This document shows positions 16,122-25,178 of a stretch of 64,000 bases of DNA, in pieces. A program made the translations under genes and the position numbers. This stretch comes from Sediminibacterium sp. FEMGT703S (lineage in GTDB: Bacteria > Bacteroidota > Bacteroidia > Chitinophagales > Chitinophagaceae). The notes under the pieces were generated by a model. The model ran no database searches, had not been told where the DNA came from, and saw only the letters and a list, made by a program, of their open reading frames with translations. Each line of letters opens with the position of its first letter. The first letter of the stretch is position 1. The stretch lies in the NCBI GenBank assembly GCA_002786355.1, contig PGCO01000004.1, forward strand, positions 93,297-157,296, given 5' to 3'.

Positions 16122-17537
16122 TTATAAATATACTTGTAATTGTAGCATGAATTCTCCTAAGGATCCATCCCTTAGTCTTTGTCCGTTTCTTAAATAGTAC
16201 AATGGTCTGGTACTATACTGCGGAGTAATTTTTGCATGGTGTCCGTCTAAGAAAAAATTAGCGCCTATATCAAAGTAATTTCCTGTTTGATCTAGGTAAT
16301 CAAATTTCTTGTAAGTGTACGCTGCAAAAGGTTGTATGCGAACCTTGGTGGTTTGGCTGGTTTTAGGCAATAATAATCCCGCTTGCGTGTACCAAATATC
16401 TCCGGTACCTACAAAAAAACGATTGTTTCCAAATCCATTGATACTGCGTTGGCTAGCCGCTACTGCGGGATCAAAGCCACTGGCTGGATTCATGATTCCT
16501 ACCGTTCTGATATAGTTGGGTCCAAAATTGTATTTGTAAAAAACACTGTACGCAGTTAATGCCATGTTTTTCTTTTTATCTCCAATAGGTAAATCGGCAT
16601 AAGCATCAATTCCAAATAAATTGATATCGTGTTGCGCGACGCTTCCGTTGCTATTCACGCTTCTGGTGCCTTTGGCTTGGTGATAAAATCCTGCCCCTAT
16701 ATTGAATACTTTTTTAGTGCCTACATAAGTGCCCACTCTAAAGGGTAATAGGTTAGATTCTTGGTCTAAGAATTGGTAGTCAAAATAGCCTTGTACAGCT
16801 GCTCTTGCATCTCCATTATTGTCTACTGCTACTTGACCTTTAATGGCGTCTACCGTTGGGTTAACATTGGTGGCAAAGGGTTTGTTTACGCTCAAACTGT
16901 AGTTGAGTTTACCCAATTTTCCTTTGGCATAAAATCCAAACTGTCTTACAAATTGATCACTCAATTCTACCAATGGCCAGTTAATTACCGGTGCATCAAT
17001 GGCCAAGAAATTCAAGGTGCTGGCACTACTCATTCTACTAATGCCCCACCAATAGTGTAAGCCACCACCAATATATACATTGTATTTATTGGCTTTCTTA
17101 GTGGTTGGGTTAACTGATGGAACCAACGCATATTCATTCCATACATCATGAAAGAAAATGCCTGGTTTTTTACCTGCACCATAAGCGCCTGTGCCTGTAG
17201 CACCAGCGGCTCCGCCTGTTGCAAATGTTTGGTTGTTGATGCCAAAATGCGCCAGTACTAAATAACGAGGAGTAATTTGTGCATAGGTCAAAATACGCAA
17301 ACGTCTTGCGCCTACATCCCAAGTGTTGTTACGAGTTTCGCCGTTTACTTGTGTACCTGGATTGTTGTTGATAGACCTTGCCCAAATTTGATTCCATACA
17401 ATGAAGCGAATGTATTTACTGCCCTCGGGGTTAAGGTTCAGTTTTAATCCTGAACCATACGCTTCACTGCCCTGGGCTTGTGCTATTTGCTGTACTAAAA
17501 GCAATCCTAGCACTGGAAGAAGTTTTTTTAATGACAT
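16122..17537 (-). CDS. Outer-membrane porin
   Basis: Has a signal peptide, alternating beta-strand-like composition, an aromatic C-terminal end (LQLQVYL) and Gly/Asn/Tyr richness. Confidence 0.7.
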   Translation of the reverse strand: MSLKKLLPVLGLLLVQQIAQAQGSEAYGSGLKLNLNPEGSKYIRFIVWNQIWARSINNNPGTQVNGETRNNTWDVGARRLRILTYAQITPRYLVLAHFGINNQTFATGGAAGATGTGAYGAGKKPGIFFHDVWNEYALVPSVNPTTKKANKYNVYIGGGLHYWWGISRMSSASTLNFLAIDAPVINWPLVELSDQFVRQFGFYAKGKLGKLNYSLSVNKPFATNVNPTVDAIKGQVAVDNNGDARAAVQGYFDYQFLDQESNLLPFRVGTYVGTKKVFNIGAGFYHQAKGTRSVNSNGSVAQHDINLFGIDAYADLPIGDKKKNMALTAYSVFYKYNFGPNYIRTVGIMNPASGFDPAVAASQRSINGFGNNRFFVGTGDIWYTQAGLLLPKTSQTTKVRIQPFAAYTYKKFDYLDQTGNYFDIGANFFLDGHHAKITPQYSTRPLYYLRNGQRLRDGSLGEFMLQLQVYL

Positions 17538-17642
17538 AGCAATCGGGGTTTGTTTAGCAATGCTGATTTGTTAAAATTGGGCATTGCCAAATGCGATTGC
17601 AAATGATATATATATATCTGGTAAGTATATAGCTATTGAAAC

Positions 17643-18074
17643 TTAGTACACCGATGTTTTTCGAAATCTTTCCCATCGAATCACCATGAATTTGTCTCCT
17701 AGTTCGGTTACCATAAAACCTGCTGATTTTAGCGCTTCTCTATCTGCCATCAAATCCTTTAATTCTGCATGATTCAGCACTTTGTAGGTGGGGTGGTATT
17801 CTAAATTTTCTGGTCTCTGTATTCCATACTGTCTTACCCAGTTCATTACGCTTACATGGCTCACGCCTAAAATACGTTCAATTTCTCTAAAGCTTATTCC
17901 TTCAATATATAACTGTAGGCTTTTAACCACATAGTATGGATCGATGTTTTTACCTTCTTTAAACACCGTAAAATGGTATCCGCATGAAGTACATTTAAAT
18001 CGCTGTCTTCCTTTAATGACGCCACTTTTAACGTATTCGTCGCTTTTGCATTTGGGGCAATGAATGAGTTTCAT
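17643..18074 (-). CDS. IS1 InsA-like zinc-ribbon plus HTH protein (no transposase catalytic part)
   Basis: CPKCKSDEYVKSG...RFKCTSCGYHF forms a Zn ribbon. ISFREIERILGVSHVSVMNWVRQYG is an HTH. There is no InsB-like ORF and I saw no terminal inverted repeats. Confidence 0.65.
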   Translation of the reverse strand: MKLIHCPKCKSDEYVKSGVIKGRQRFKCTSCGYHFTVFKEGKNIDPYYVVKSLQLYIEGISFREIERILGVSHVSVMNWVRQYGIQRPENLEYHPTYKVLNHAELKDLMADREALKSAGFMVTELGDKFMVIRWERFRKTSVY

Positions 18075-18102
18075 ACCCTTAATTTACGACTTATCTATAT
18101 TC

Positions 18103-18129
18103 ATTTAGCATTTATATATCAATTTAGCA
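18103..18129. promoter_or_regulatory. Direct 8-mer repeat ATTTAGCA x2 in the divergent acs / InsA-like promoter region
   Basis: Copies at 18103-18110 and 18122-18129, 19 bp apart start to start, within a 113-bp intergenic region. Confidence 0.3.
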
Positions 18130-18187
18130 ACAATTTGATATGCCGTGAAAATCCAATGAACTACTTTAGTGTTCTCAAATTATTGCC

Positions 18188-20110
18188 ATGTCATATCCTT
18201 ATCAAATCAATTCTTTTGAAGAGTACCAAAAAGTGTACAAAGAGAGTGTAGAGAACCCCGAAGCTTTCTGGGCTTCTGTTGCAGAAAATTTTGTTTGGAA
18301 GAAAAAGTGGGACAAAGTACTCGATTGGAATTTTACGGAACCCAAGAACGAATGGTTTAAAGGGGGTAAACTCAATATCACCGAAAACTGTTTAGACCGT
18401 CATTTGGCCGAGCGTGGCAATGTGCCTGCTATTATTTGGGAGTCGAATGATCCCAACGAAAAACAACGCATTCTTACTTATAGCATTTTGCATAAACGTG
18501 TTTGCCAGTTTGCGCAAGTGCTTATCAATAATGGTGTTCAAAAAGGTGATCGGGTTTGTGTATACATGGGCATGATTCCTGAATTGGCTATTGCTATTTT
18601 AGCTTGTGCTAGAATTGGAGCGATTCACTCGGTTATTTTTGGTGGATTCAGTGCGCAGAGTATTGCCGATCGTTTATACGATGCGCAAAGTGAATTCATC
18701 ATTACTTGTGATGGTGCTTTCCGCGGAGGAAAAGATATTCCGTTGAAATCGGTGATTGACGATGCATTGATTGGCAATAGAACTGTTAGAAAAGTAATTG
18801 TATATACGCGTACGCGCACACCTATTTCGATGCTGAAAGGAAGAGATGTTTGGTGGGAAGATGAAATGCGTCATGTAGAAGAAATGGGTATCCGTGAAAT
18901 TGATGCGGTGGAAATGGATGCAGAAGATCCACTCTTTATTTTATACACTTCGGGTAGTACGGGTAAACCTAAAGGGGTAGTGCATGCTTGCGCAGGTTAT
19001 ATGGTGTACACCAATTATACTTTTGTAAACATCTTTAATTATCAACCCGGTCAAATACATTTTTGTACGGCTGATATCGGGTGGATCACCGGGCACTCTT
19101 ATATTGTATATGGTCCGTTAAGCGCAGGGGCTACTTCTCTCATGTTCGAAGGAGTTCCTACTTGGCCCGATGCGGGAAGGTTCTGGGAAATTGTAGACAA
19201 ATACAAAGTCAATATTTTATATACTGCGCCTACTGCTATTCGCTCTTTAATGAGCTTTGGCCTAGGACCCTTGCAGGGAAAGGATTTGAGCTCGTTAAAA
19301 GTATTGGGTACTGTGGGTGAACCCATCAACGAAGAAGCTTGGCATTGGTACAACGAAAATGTAGGTAAGAAAAAATGTCCCATTATAGATACTTGGTGGC
19401 AAACCGAAACAGGGGGTTGTTTAATTACCAACTTAGCGGGCATCACTCCTTCTAAGCCAGGTTGGGCAACTTTGCCTATGCCAGGTGTTCAACCGATTTT
19501 AGTAGATGATAAAGGAGTTGAAATTACGGAAGCAGAAGACGGTATTTTCAAAGGCAATTTATGTATTAAGTTTCCTTGGCCTTCTTTATTACGCACTACT
19601 TATGGTGATCATGAACGTTGCAGAACCAATTATTTTGCTACTTATGAAAACTTATATTTCACGGGTGATGGTGCGTTAAAAGATGAGAATGGTTTTTATA
19701 GAATCACTGGTAGAGTAGATGATGTATTGAATGTAAGTGGCCACCGCATTGGTACTGCTGAAGTAGAAAATGCGATTAATATGCACGCCGGTGTAATTGA
19801 AAGTGCTGTAGTGGGTTATCCGCACGATGTAAAAGGACAGGGCATTTATGCTTATATAATTTATAGCAATACCCATGGTGATGAAGAACTCACCCGTAAA
19901 GATATTTTACAAACCGTAACACGTATGATTGGGGCCATTGCTAAGCCTGATAAAATTCAGTTTGTAAATGGATTGCCTAAAACGCGTAGCGGTAAAATCA
20001 TGCGTAGGATTTTGCGCAAGATTGCCGAGGGCGAAGTAGAAAACTTGGGCGATACTTCTACCTTGTTAGATCCAGGTATAGTAGAAGAGATTAAGAATGG
20101 GCATATTTAA
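18188..20110 (+). CDS. acs: Acetyl-CoA synthetase (AMP-forming)
   Basis: 640 aa with YTSGSTGKPKGV, WWQTETGG, the canonical Acs N-terminus (YQKVYKESVENPEAFW) and the C-terminal PKTRSGKIMRR. Confidence 0.97.
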   Translation: MSYPYQINSFEEYQKVYKESVENPEAFWASVAENFVWKKKWDKVLDWNFTEPKNEWFKGGKLNITENCLDRHLAERGNVPAIIWESNDPNEKQRILTYSILHKRVCQFAQVLINNGVQKGDRVCVYMGMIPELAIAILACARIGAIHSVIFGGFSAQSIADRLYDAQSEFIITCDGAFRGGKDIPLKSVIDDALIGNRTVRKVIVYTRTRTPISMLKGRDVWWEDEMRHVEEMGIREIDAVEMDAEDPLFILYTSGSTGKPKGVVHACAGYMVYTNYTFVNIFNYQPGQIHFCTADIGWITGHSYIVYGPLSAGATSLMFEGVPTWPDAGRFWEIVDKYKVNILYTAPTAIRSLMSFGLGPLQGKDLSSLKVLGTVGEPINEEAWHWYNENVGKKKCPIIDTWWQTETGGCLITNLAGITPSKPGWATLPMPGVQPILVDDKGVEITEAEDGIFKGNLCIKFPWPSLLRTTYGDHERCRTNYFATYENLYFTGDGALKDENGFYRITGRVDDVLNVSGHRIGTAEVENAINMHAGVIESAVVGYPHDVKGQGIYAYIIYSNTHGDEELTRKDILQTVTRMIGAIAKPDKIQFVNGLPKTRSGKIMRRILRKIAEGEVENLGDTSTLLDPGIVEEIKNGHI

Positions 20111-20183
20111 GGGCCGCCGTATATCATGAAATCTTTGTCCTAATTATCATCATTCGATTATCTTTAGGATAAAGATTGCTGTT

Positions 20184-21182
20184 ATGAAAAAATATTCTTT
20201 TTTGGTTGCGCTTTCACTTTTTGGGAGTGCCACTGCTTTTGCCCTGCCTGCAACTGATGCTGCACCTGCAACTGTTGCTAAACCCGCTAATGCTTCCGCT
20301 GCAGAAAAATTTGCTGCTGCCGACAACGATATTATTGGTCGTTGGGATTTAACCGTAAACATGGATGGTCGCATTGCGCCCTCTTGGTTAGAAGTAAAAC
20401 TCTCTGGAGTTAAAACCTTAGTTGGCTATTTTGTTGCCGATGGTGGTAGTGCTAGACCCATTAGTCATGTGCAAGTAAAAGAGGGTAAAATTCATTTCAG
20501 CATTCCTTCTCAGTGGGATCGTTTAGACAAGTATATGGACTTTGATGCCGTACTAGAAAACGATCAATTAAAAGGAACCATTACACAGAGTTATGGCAAA
20601 GTGCATTCATTCACCGGTGAGCGTGCACCCTTATTAAAAAGAGATAAAGCTCCTGTATGGGGTACACCAATTAATTTGTTAAGTGGCAAGGGTATTGAAG
20701 GTTGGCATGCAGACAGAAATAATAATCAATGGGTGAATATCAATGGCGTTTTAACCAGTCCTAAAAGTGGTGCCAATATTATTACCGATCAAAGTTTTGA
20801 AGATTTCAAATTACATATTGAATTCCGTTATCCCGCAGGAAGCAATAGTGGCGTGTATTTGAGAGGCCGCTACGAAGTGCAGGTAGAAGACAATGCCGGT
20901 AAAGAACCAAGCTCTACTTTGTTTGGTGGAATCTATGGATTTTTAACACCGAATGAAATGGCTGCTAAAGCACCAGGTGAATGGCAAACTTATGATATCA
21001 CTTTAGTGGGTCGCAGGGTAACCGTGGTAGCGAATGGTAAAGCCATTATTGTTGATCAAATTATTCCAGGCATTACTGGCGGTGCACTCAATAGCAAAGA
21101 AGGGGAGCCTGGTCCTATTATGTTACAAGGCGATCATGGTCCAGTAGAGTATCGTAATATTATTATCACGCCTGCGAAATAA
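20184..21182 (+). CDS. DUF1080 (3-keto-disaccharide hydrolase-like) domain protein, secreted
   Basis: Has a signal peptide, SNSGVYLRGRYEVQVEDN, and the end motif GPIMLQGDHGPVEYRNIIITP. Confidence 0.75.
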   Translation: MKKYSFLVALSLFGSATAFALPATDAAPATVAKPANASAAEKFAAADNDIIGRWDLTVNMDGRIAPSWLEVKLSGVKTLVGYFVADGGSARPISHVQVKEGKIHFSIPSQWDRLDKYMDFDAVLENDQLKGTITQSYGKVHSFTGERAPLLKRDKAPVWGTPINLLSGKGIEGWHADRNNNQWVNINGVLTSPKSGANIITDQSFEDFKLHIEFRYPAGSNSGVYLRGRYEVQVEDNAGKEPSSTLFGGIYGFLTPNEMAAKAPGEWQTYDITLVGRRVTVVANGKAIIVDQIIPGITGGALNSKEGEPGPIMLQGDHGPVEYRNIIITPAK

Positions 21183-21191
21183 TTAATCACT

Positions 21192-21623
21192 ATGGAAGCC
21201 GCTCAAATTTTCTCCATTTGTAATCAAGTGATTTTATTGGGATGGGTACTGTTGATATTTCTACCAAATTGGAAGTATACGCAAACAATTATTTTAAATG
21301 GATTGCTTGTTTTGTTTGCATGCATTTATGCTTTCCTGATTTTAAAAGATATTGGCAATTTTAATCCAGAAAGTTTTAGCACTTTAGCCAACGTTAAAGC
21401 CTTATTCCAAAATGATAATGCAATAGCTGCTGGTTGGATTCATTATTTGGCTTTCGATTTATTTGTTGGTACTTATATAGTGAAAAAATCTAGGGAAATA
21501 GGCCTTTCTAGAGTGCTCTATACCATTACCCTGCCTTTTACTTTTATGTTTGGCCCAATGGGTTATTTATTGTTTTTCATTTTCAAGACCATCAAAACAA
21601 AAACCTTGAATGAAACTAATTAA
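21192..21623 (+). CDS. DUF4281/ABA4-like membrane protein
   Basis: 143 aa, four hydrophobic helices, LLGWVLLIFLPNW near the N-terminus. Confidence 0.55.
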   Translation: MEAAQIFSICNQVILLGWVLLIFLPNWKYTQTIILNGLLVLFACIYAFLILKDIGNFNPESFSTLANVKALFQNDNAIAAGWIHYLAFDLFVGTYIVKKSREIGLSRVLYTITLPFTFMFGPMGYLLFFIFKTIKTKTLNETN

Positions 21624-22389
21624 TGCAATTTTTGAGCGAAATAAGCTCTTGGCTTATGCTGGATTAATTTGTTTGTTAGTCGCCATTCTATTGGGCATTT
21701 ACGCCCCTTTTAATAGTATAGAAGTCCTTGGTTTGAACTCAATGATAAAGCCAATTAAATTCTGTTTGAGTATTTGGATTTATCAATGGACAATGGCCTA
21801 TTTACTATTTTATGTAAACAATCAAAAAAGGGTTAAATGGTTTGCTTATTTGTCTGTTTTTGTGATGACTTTTGAATTGAGCGTCATTATTGGTCAGGCT
21901 TTTATAGGAGGGCTTTCGCATTTTAATCAAACGGCTTCTTTAGGAGGTATTTTGTATGGGCTGATGGGGGTATTGATTGTTTGGGTTACAGCCGCCACAT
22001 TGGTTTTAACCATCCGTTTTATTTTTCAAAAAACGTATAGTATCCCTGCATCATTTGCTTTATCCATTAAAATTGGTTTGTTCTTATTTGTAGTCTTTAG
22101 TTTTTTTGGTGGGTATATGAGCGTTTTAAACACGCATAATATTGGTGGAAAAATGGGTGAATCGGGATTGCCTCTTTTAAATTGGAGTACTTTATATGGT
22201 GATTTACGCGTGGCTCATTTTTTTGGTATTCATGCTTTACAAGTGATTCCTTTAGCTGGATATTTTATTACAGAAAAAATACAAGAAGAGCACAAAGCAA
22301 AAATCTATGTTTGGATGATCGCTTTAATATATTTTGCTTTCGTAACTACTTTAGTTGTTCAGTCTTTATTGGGAATTCCTTTTATTTAA
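21610..22389 (+). CDS. Polytopic membrane protein, hypothetical
   Basis: 259 aa with about 7 hydrophobic segments. Overlaps the previous gene by 14 nt. Confidence 0.6.
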   Translation: MKLINAIFERNKLLAYAGLICLLVAILLGIYAPFNSIEVLGLNSMIKPIKFCLSIWIYQWTMAYLLFYVNNQKRVKWFAYLSVFVMTFELSVIIGQAFIGGLSHFNQTASLGGILYGLMGVLIVWVTAATLVLTIRFIFQKTYSIPASFALSIKIGLFLFVVFSFFGGYMSVLNTHNIGGKMGESGLPLLNWSTLYGDLRVAHFFGIHALQVIPLAGYFITEKIQEEHKAKIYVWMIALIYFAFVTTLVVQSLLGIPFI

Positions 22390-22398
22390 ATTGATATA

Positions 22399-23259
22399 AT
22401 GAGAAAATTATTTATTGTTGTCTTGGTATTTGCATTCGCGCAAATTGATTCATCTAGTTTTGCGCAAAGGCCTACATCTCTTAAAAAAAGAGTGCCTGAA
22501 ATTGCAAAAGGCAAACTCATTATTGTAGGCGGTGGCTCCATGCCCGATACCATGTATCAGTTGTTTGCGAATTCAATTGGAGGGAAAGATCAATCGGTGG
22601 TGGTAATCCCCACGGCAACCAATGACTCTGCTATTAATGCGGGCGCACATTTAACTCGTTTTAAAAAAGAAGGCTTTACCAATTTAACAACAGTGCATGC
22701 ACGCACTAAAGAAGCTGCTGATGCACCAGCATTTATACAAGCAATAAACAATGCAAAAGGTATATATTTTTCCGGGGGCGATCAAAGCCGCATTGCGGAT
22801 GCATTCTTGGGTACACAGGTACACGCTGCCATGTTAGATTTATTTATTAGGGGTGGTGTATTCATGGGTACTTCTGCGGGCGCTACTATTATGGGTACGC
22901 TGCTAGTAGGAGGTGATGCAAGAAAAGATTTGACCAAGCCCTTTGATTTTCCAGCTGCATTAAATTTATTTAAGAACACAGCTATTGATCAACACGTACT
23001 GGCTAGAAATCGTCAATTCGATTTAATTCCAGTGATTGAACAGCATCCTCATTTATTGGGTATTGCTATTGATGAGTCTACTGCTATTGTGGTTGAAGGG
23101 AATCAGTTTTCTGTATTGGGTAAATCTTATGCAATGGTGTATGATGCCCAAAATTGGGAGGAACAAAAAAAGCAATGGGGGCGTGTACTCAAGCCTTTTC
23201 TAATGATGGCTCAACCGCAGCGTTACGATTTTGTTACTAGAAAAATCATTCGCGATTAA
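22399..23259 (+). CDS. Peptidase S51 / cyanophycinase-like protein
   Basis: Has a signal peptide. Motifs seen: KLIIVGGGS, VVVIPTAT, YFSGGDQ and GTSAGA (nucleophile Ser). Confidence 0.75.
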   Translation: MRKLFIVVLVFAFAQIDSSSFAQRPTSLKKRVPEIAKGKLIIVGGGSMPDTMYQLFANSIGGKDQSVVVIPTATNDSAINAGAHLTRFKKEGFTNLTTVHARTKEAADAPAFIQAINNAKGIYFSGGDQSRIADAFLGTQVHAAMLDLFIRGGVFMGTSAGATIMGTLLVGGDARKDLTKPFDFPAALNLFKNTAIDQHVLARNRQFDLIPVIEQHPHLLGIAIDESTAIVVEGNQFSVLGKSYAMVYDAQNWEEQKKQWGRVLKPFLMMAQPQRYDFVTRKIIRD

Positions 23260-24173
23260 TCTGTAATTGAAGATAAGTCTACCGCAATTGTTGCGCCTAG
23301 TGCTGCATTGTTTTTAATCAATGCTATATTGGCTTCTAAGCTTTCACCATTGGTATGGCTTGCAATGTATTTGAGTAAAAATGGGGTGATATCTTTTCCC
23401 GTAACACCTGCTCTTTTTGCTGCATCTAAAGCCAACACTATATGTTCTTCCATGATATCCGATGGAATTTCTTGGTTGGATGGTACTGGGTTCGCAATTA
23501 ATACAGACCCATTCAAACCCATATCCCACTTCACTTTCAGCATGGCAGCAATTGCTGCGGGGTTATCTAAGCTGAGCGGACTTTTAAACCCACTGTTTTG
23601 CGAATAAAAACTGGGAAATGCTTCTTGGCCCATGGTTACAACAGGTATACCCTTTGTTTCTAAGTATTCCAATGTGAGCCCAATATCTAAAATCGATTTT
23701 ACACCTGCTGAAATCACCGCTACATTAGTATGTTCCATTTCGGTTAAATCCGCTGAAATATCCATACTGGTTTCTGCTCCTCTGTGTACGCCCCCTATTC
23801 CTCCTGTTACAAATATGGGTATACCTGCCATGGCTGCGATGCGCATGGTAGCTGCAACGGTTGTTGCTCCGTATAAGCCATTGCTGATAACATAGGGCAT
23901 ATCGCGCAAACTCACTTTAAGGATATCTTTTGCTTGTCCAAAATATTCCAACTCCTCATCGGTTAATCCTACTGTACATTTTCCTTTGATGATGGCAATG
24001 GTTGCTGGAATGGCCCCATTACTTCTCACTATTTCTTCTACAGCCCTTGCTGTTGCTACGTTTTGTGGGTAAGGCATACCGTGTGCTATGATAGTACTTT
24101 CTAGTGCTACTACGGGTTCTCCGTCTCTTAAAGCGGCTGCAACTGTTGGGTGTAAATGAATGGATGGATGCAT
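23256..24173 (-). CDS. psuG: Pseudouridine-5'-phosphate glycosidase
   Basis: VVALESTIIAHGMPYPQN, FVTGGIGGVHRG and ISADL form the canonical PsuG signature. Confidence 0.9.
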   Translation of the reverse strand: MHPSIHLHPTVAAALRDGEPVVALESTIIAHGMPYPQNVATARAVEEIVRSNGAIPATIAIIKGKCTVGLTDEELEYFGQAKDILKVSLRDMPYVISNGLYGATTVAATMRIAAMAGIPIFVTGGIGGVHRGAETSMDISADLTEMEHTNVAVISAGVKSILDIGLTLEYLETKGIPVVTMGQEAFPSFYSQNSGFKSPLSLDNPAAIAAMLKVKWDMGLNGSVLIANPVPSNQEIPSDIMEEHIVLALDAAKRAGVTGKDITPFLLKYIASHTNGESLEANIALIKNNAALGATIAVDLSSITD

Positions 24174-24190
24174 TGGATTGGTTGCTTGCT

Positions 24191-25117
24191 TTATGATGGA
24201 TAATATTTACTAACCCTTGACAATAGTTCTTCCTGTGATAAATGGGTAACAATGGCTCCATTTACTTGTAGTATTTCTGCAGATAAAGTATGGGCCAATT
24301 TGATACATTCATCATCTGTTTTTCCTAGGGTTTTACCTAATAAGAATCCAGATAAGGATCCGTCTCCTGCGCCTGTGCAATCTACTACCTCAATATCTGG
24401 TGCATGTAGCGTAATGGCTTTGTCTTTATTATAAAATACAGAGCCCTGCTTTCCATTGTGCAACCAAATATTTTGTACCCCTCTTTTTAATAATTCTTCT
24501 ACTTGTAATTGGGTTAAGAATGATTTTTCGCTGCACATAACGGGTAATTCATCTTCATTGGGTGTTACCATATACAAGCCCTCTAAATTCATGTTTTTTA
24601 ATTTAGAAGCGGGTGGTACCGATACGGGTTCAATAATAAATGGAATACCTGTTCTTTTACTAAACTGCAATAACCAATCCATGCTTTCTACACTGGTATT
24701 AGCATCTGCCATGATATATTGTGCACTTAATAATAGGGCTTCGTTTTTTTCTAAATGGGCAGGTGTAACCATTTCTACTGCTGCATTAGATAAGAATGCC
24801 GCATACAGTGATCCATCTACATTCATAACTCCTGAATACCTGCCAGAAATTCCTTCTTTGGTGATGCTAGCATCTATTTTTACCCCAGCTGCTGCACATG
24901 ATTGCTTTAGCCAATCTCCATCACTGTCGTTTCCAAATACGCTGATTAATTGAACATTTGCTCCTAATATACTCAATTGCTTGGCAATATTATGGGCTAC
25001 TCCACCTGCAGTTTTGGTTATATTTGCATCAACAGTGGTTGCCGGTAATATCGCGTGTCCGGCATGAATGAGCTCATCTACTAAAATGGCTCCTACACAT
25101 ATAATTGGTTTTTGCAT
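24191..25117 (-). CDS. psuK: PfkB-family kinase, probable pseudouridine kinase
   Basis: Ribokinase-like GGVAHNIA and DCTGAGDGSLSGF motifs. It lies immediately upstream of psuG on the same strand. Confidence 0.75.
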   Translation of the reverse strand: MQKPIICVGAILVDELIHAGHAILPATTVDANITKTAGGVAHNIAKQLSILGANVQLISVFGNDSDGDWLKQSCAAAGVKIDASITKEGISGRYSGVMNVDGSLYAAFLSNAAVEMVTPAHLEKNEALLLSAQYIMADANTSVESMDWLLQFSKRTGIPFIIEPVSVPPASKLKNMNLEGLYMVTPNEDELPVMCSEKSFLTQLQVEELLKRGVQNIWLHNGKQGSVFYNKDKAITLHAPDIEVVDCTGAGDGSLSGFLLGKTLGKTDDECIKLAHTLSAEILQVNGAIVTHLSQEELLSRVSKYYPS

Positions 25118-25178
25118 GCGGCAAATGTACAAAGTGGATTGACCTTTTTATGTTATTTTCAATATTCAATTTTGATTT

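Noticed and set aside
17605-17618. The (AT)6 tract GATATATATATATC upstream of the porin gene.
   Set aside because: It is a short simple repeat in an AT-rich intergenic region. There is no evidence of function or of phase-variable length from a single sequence.
17643-18074. Possible IS1 insertion sequence.
   Set aside because: Only an InsA-like N-terminal module is present. There is no InsB/transposase frame, no frameshift site and no terminal inverted repeats, so I did not call it a mobile element.
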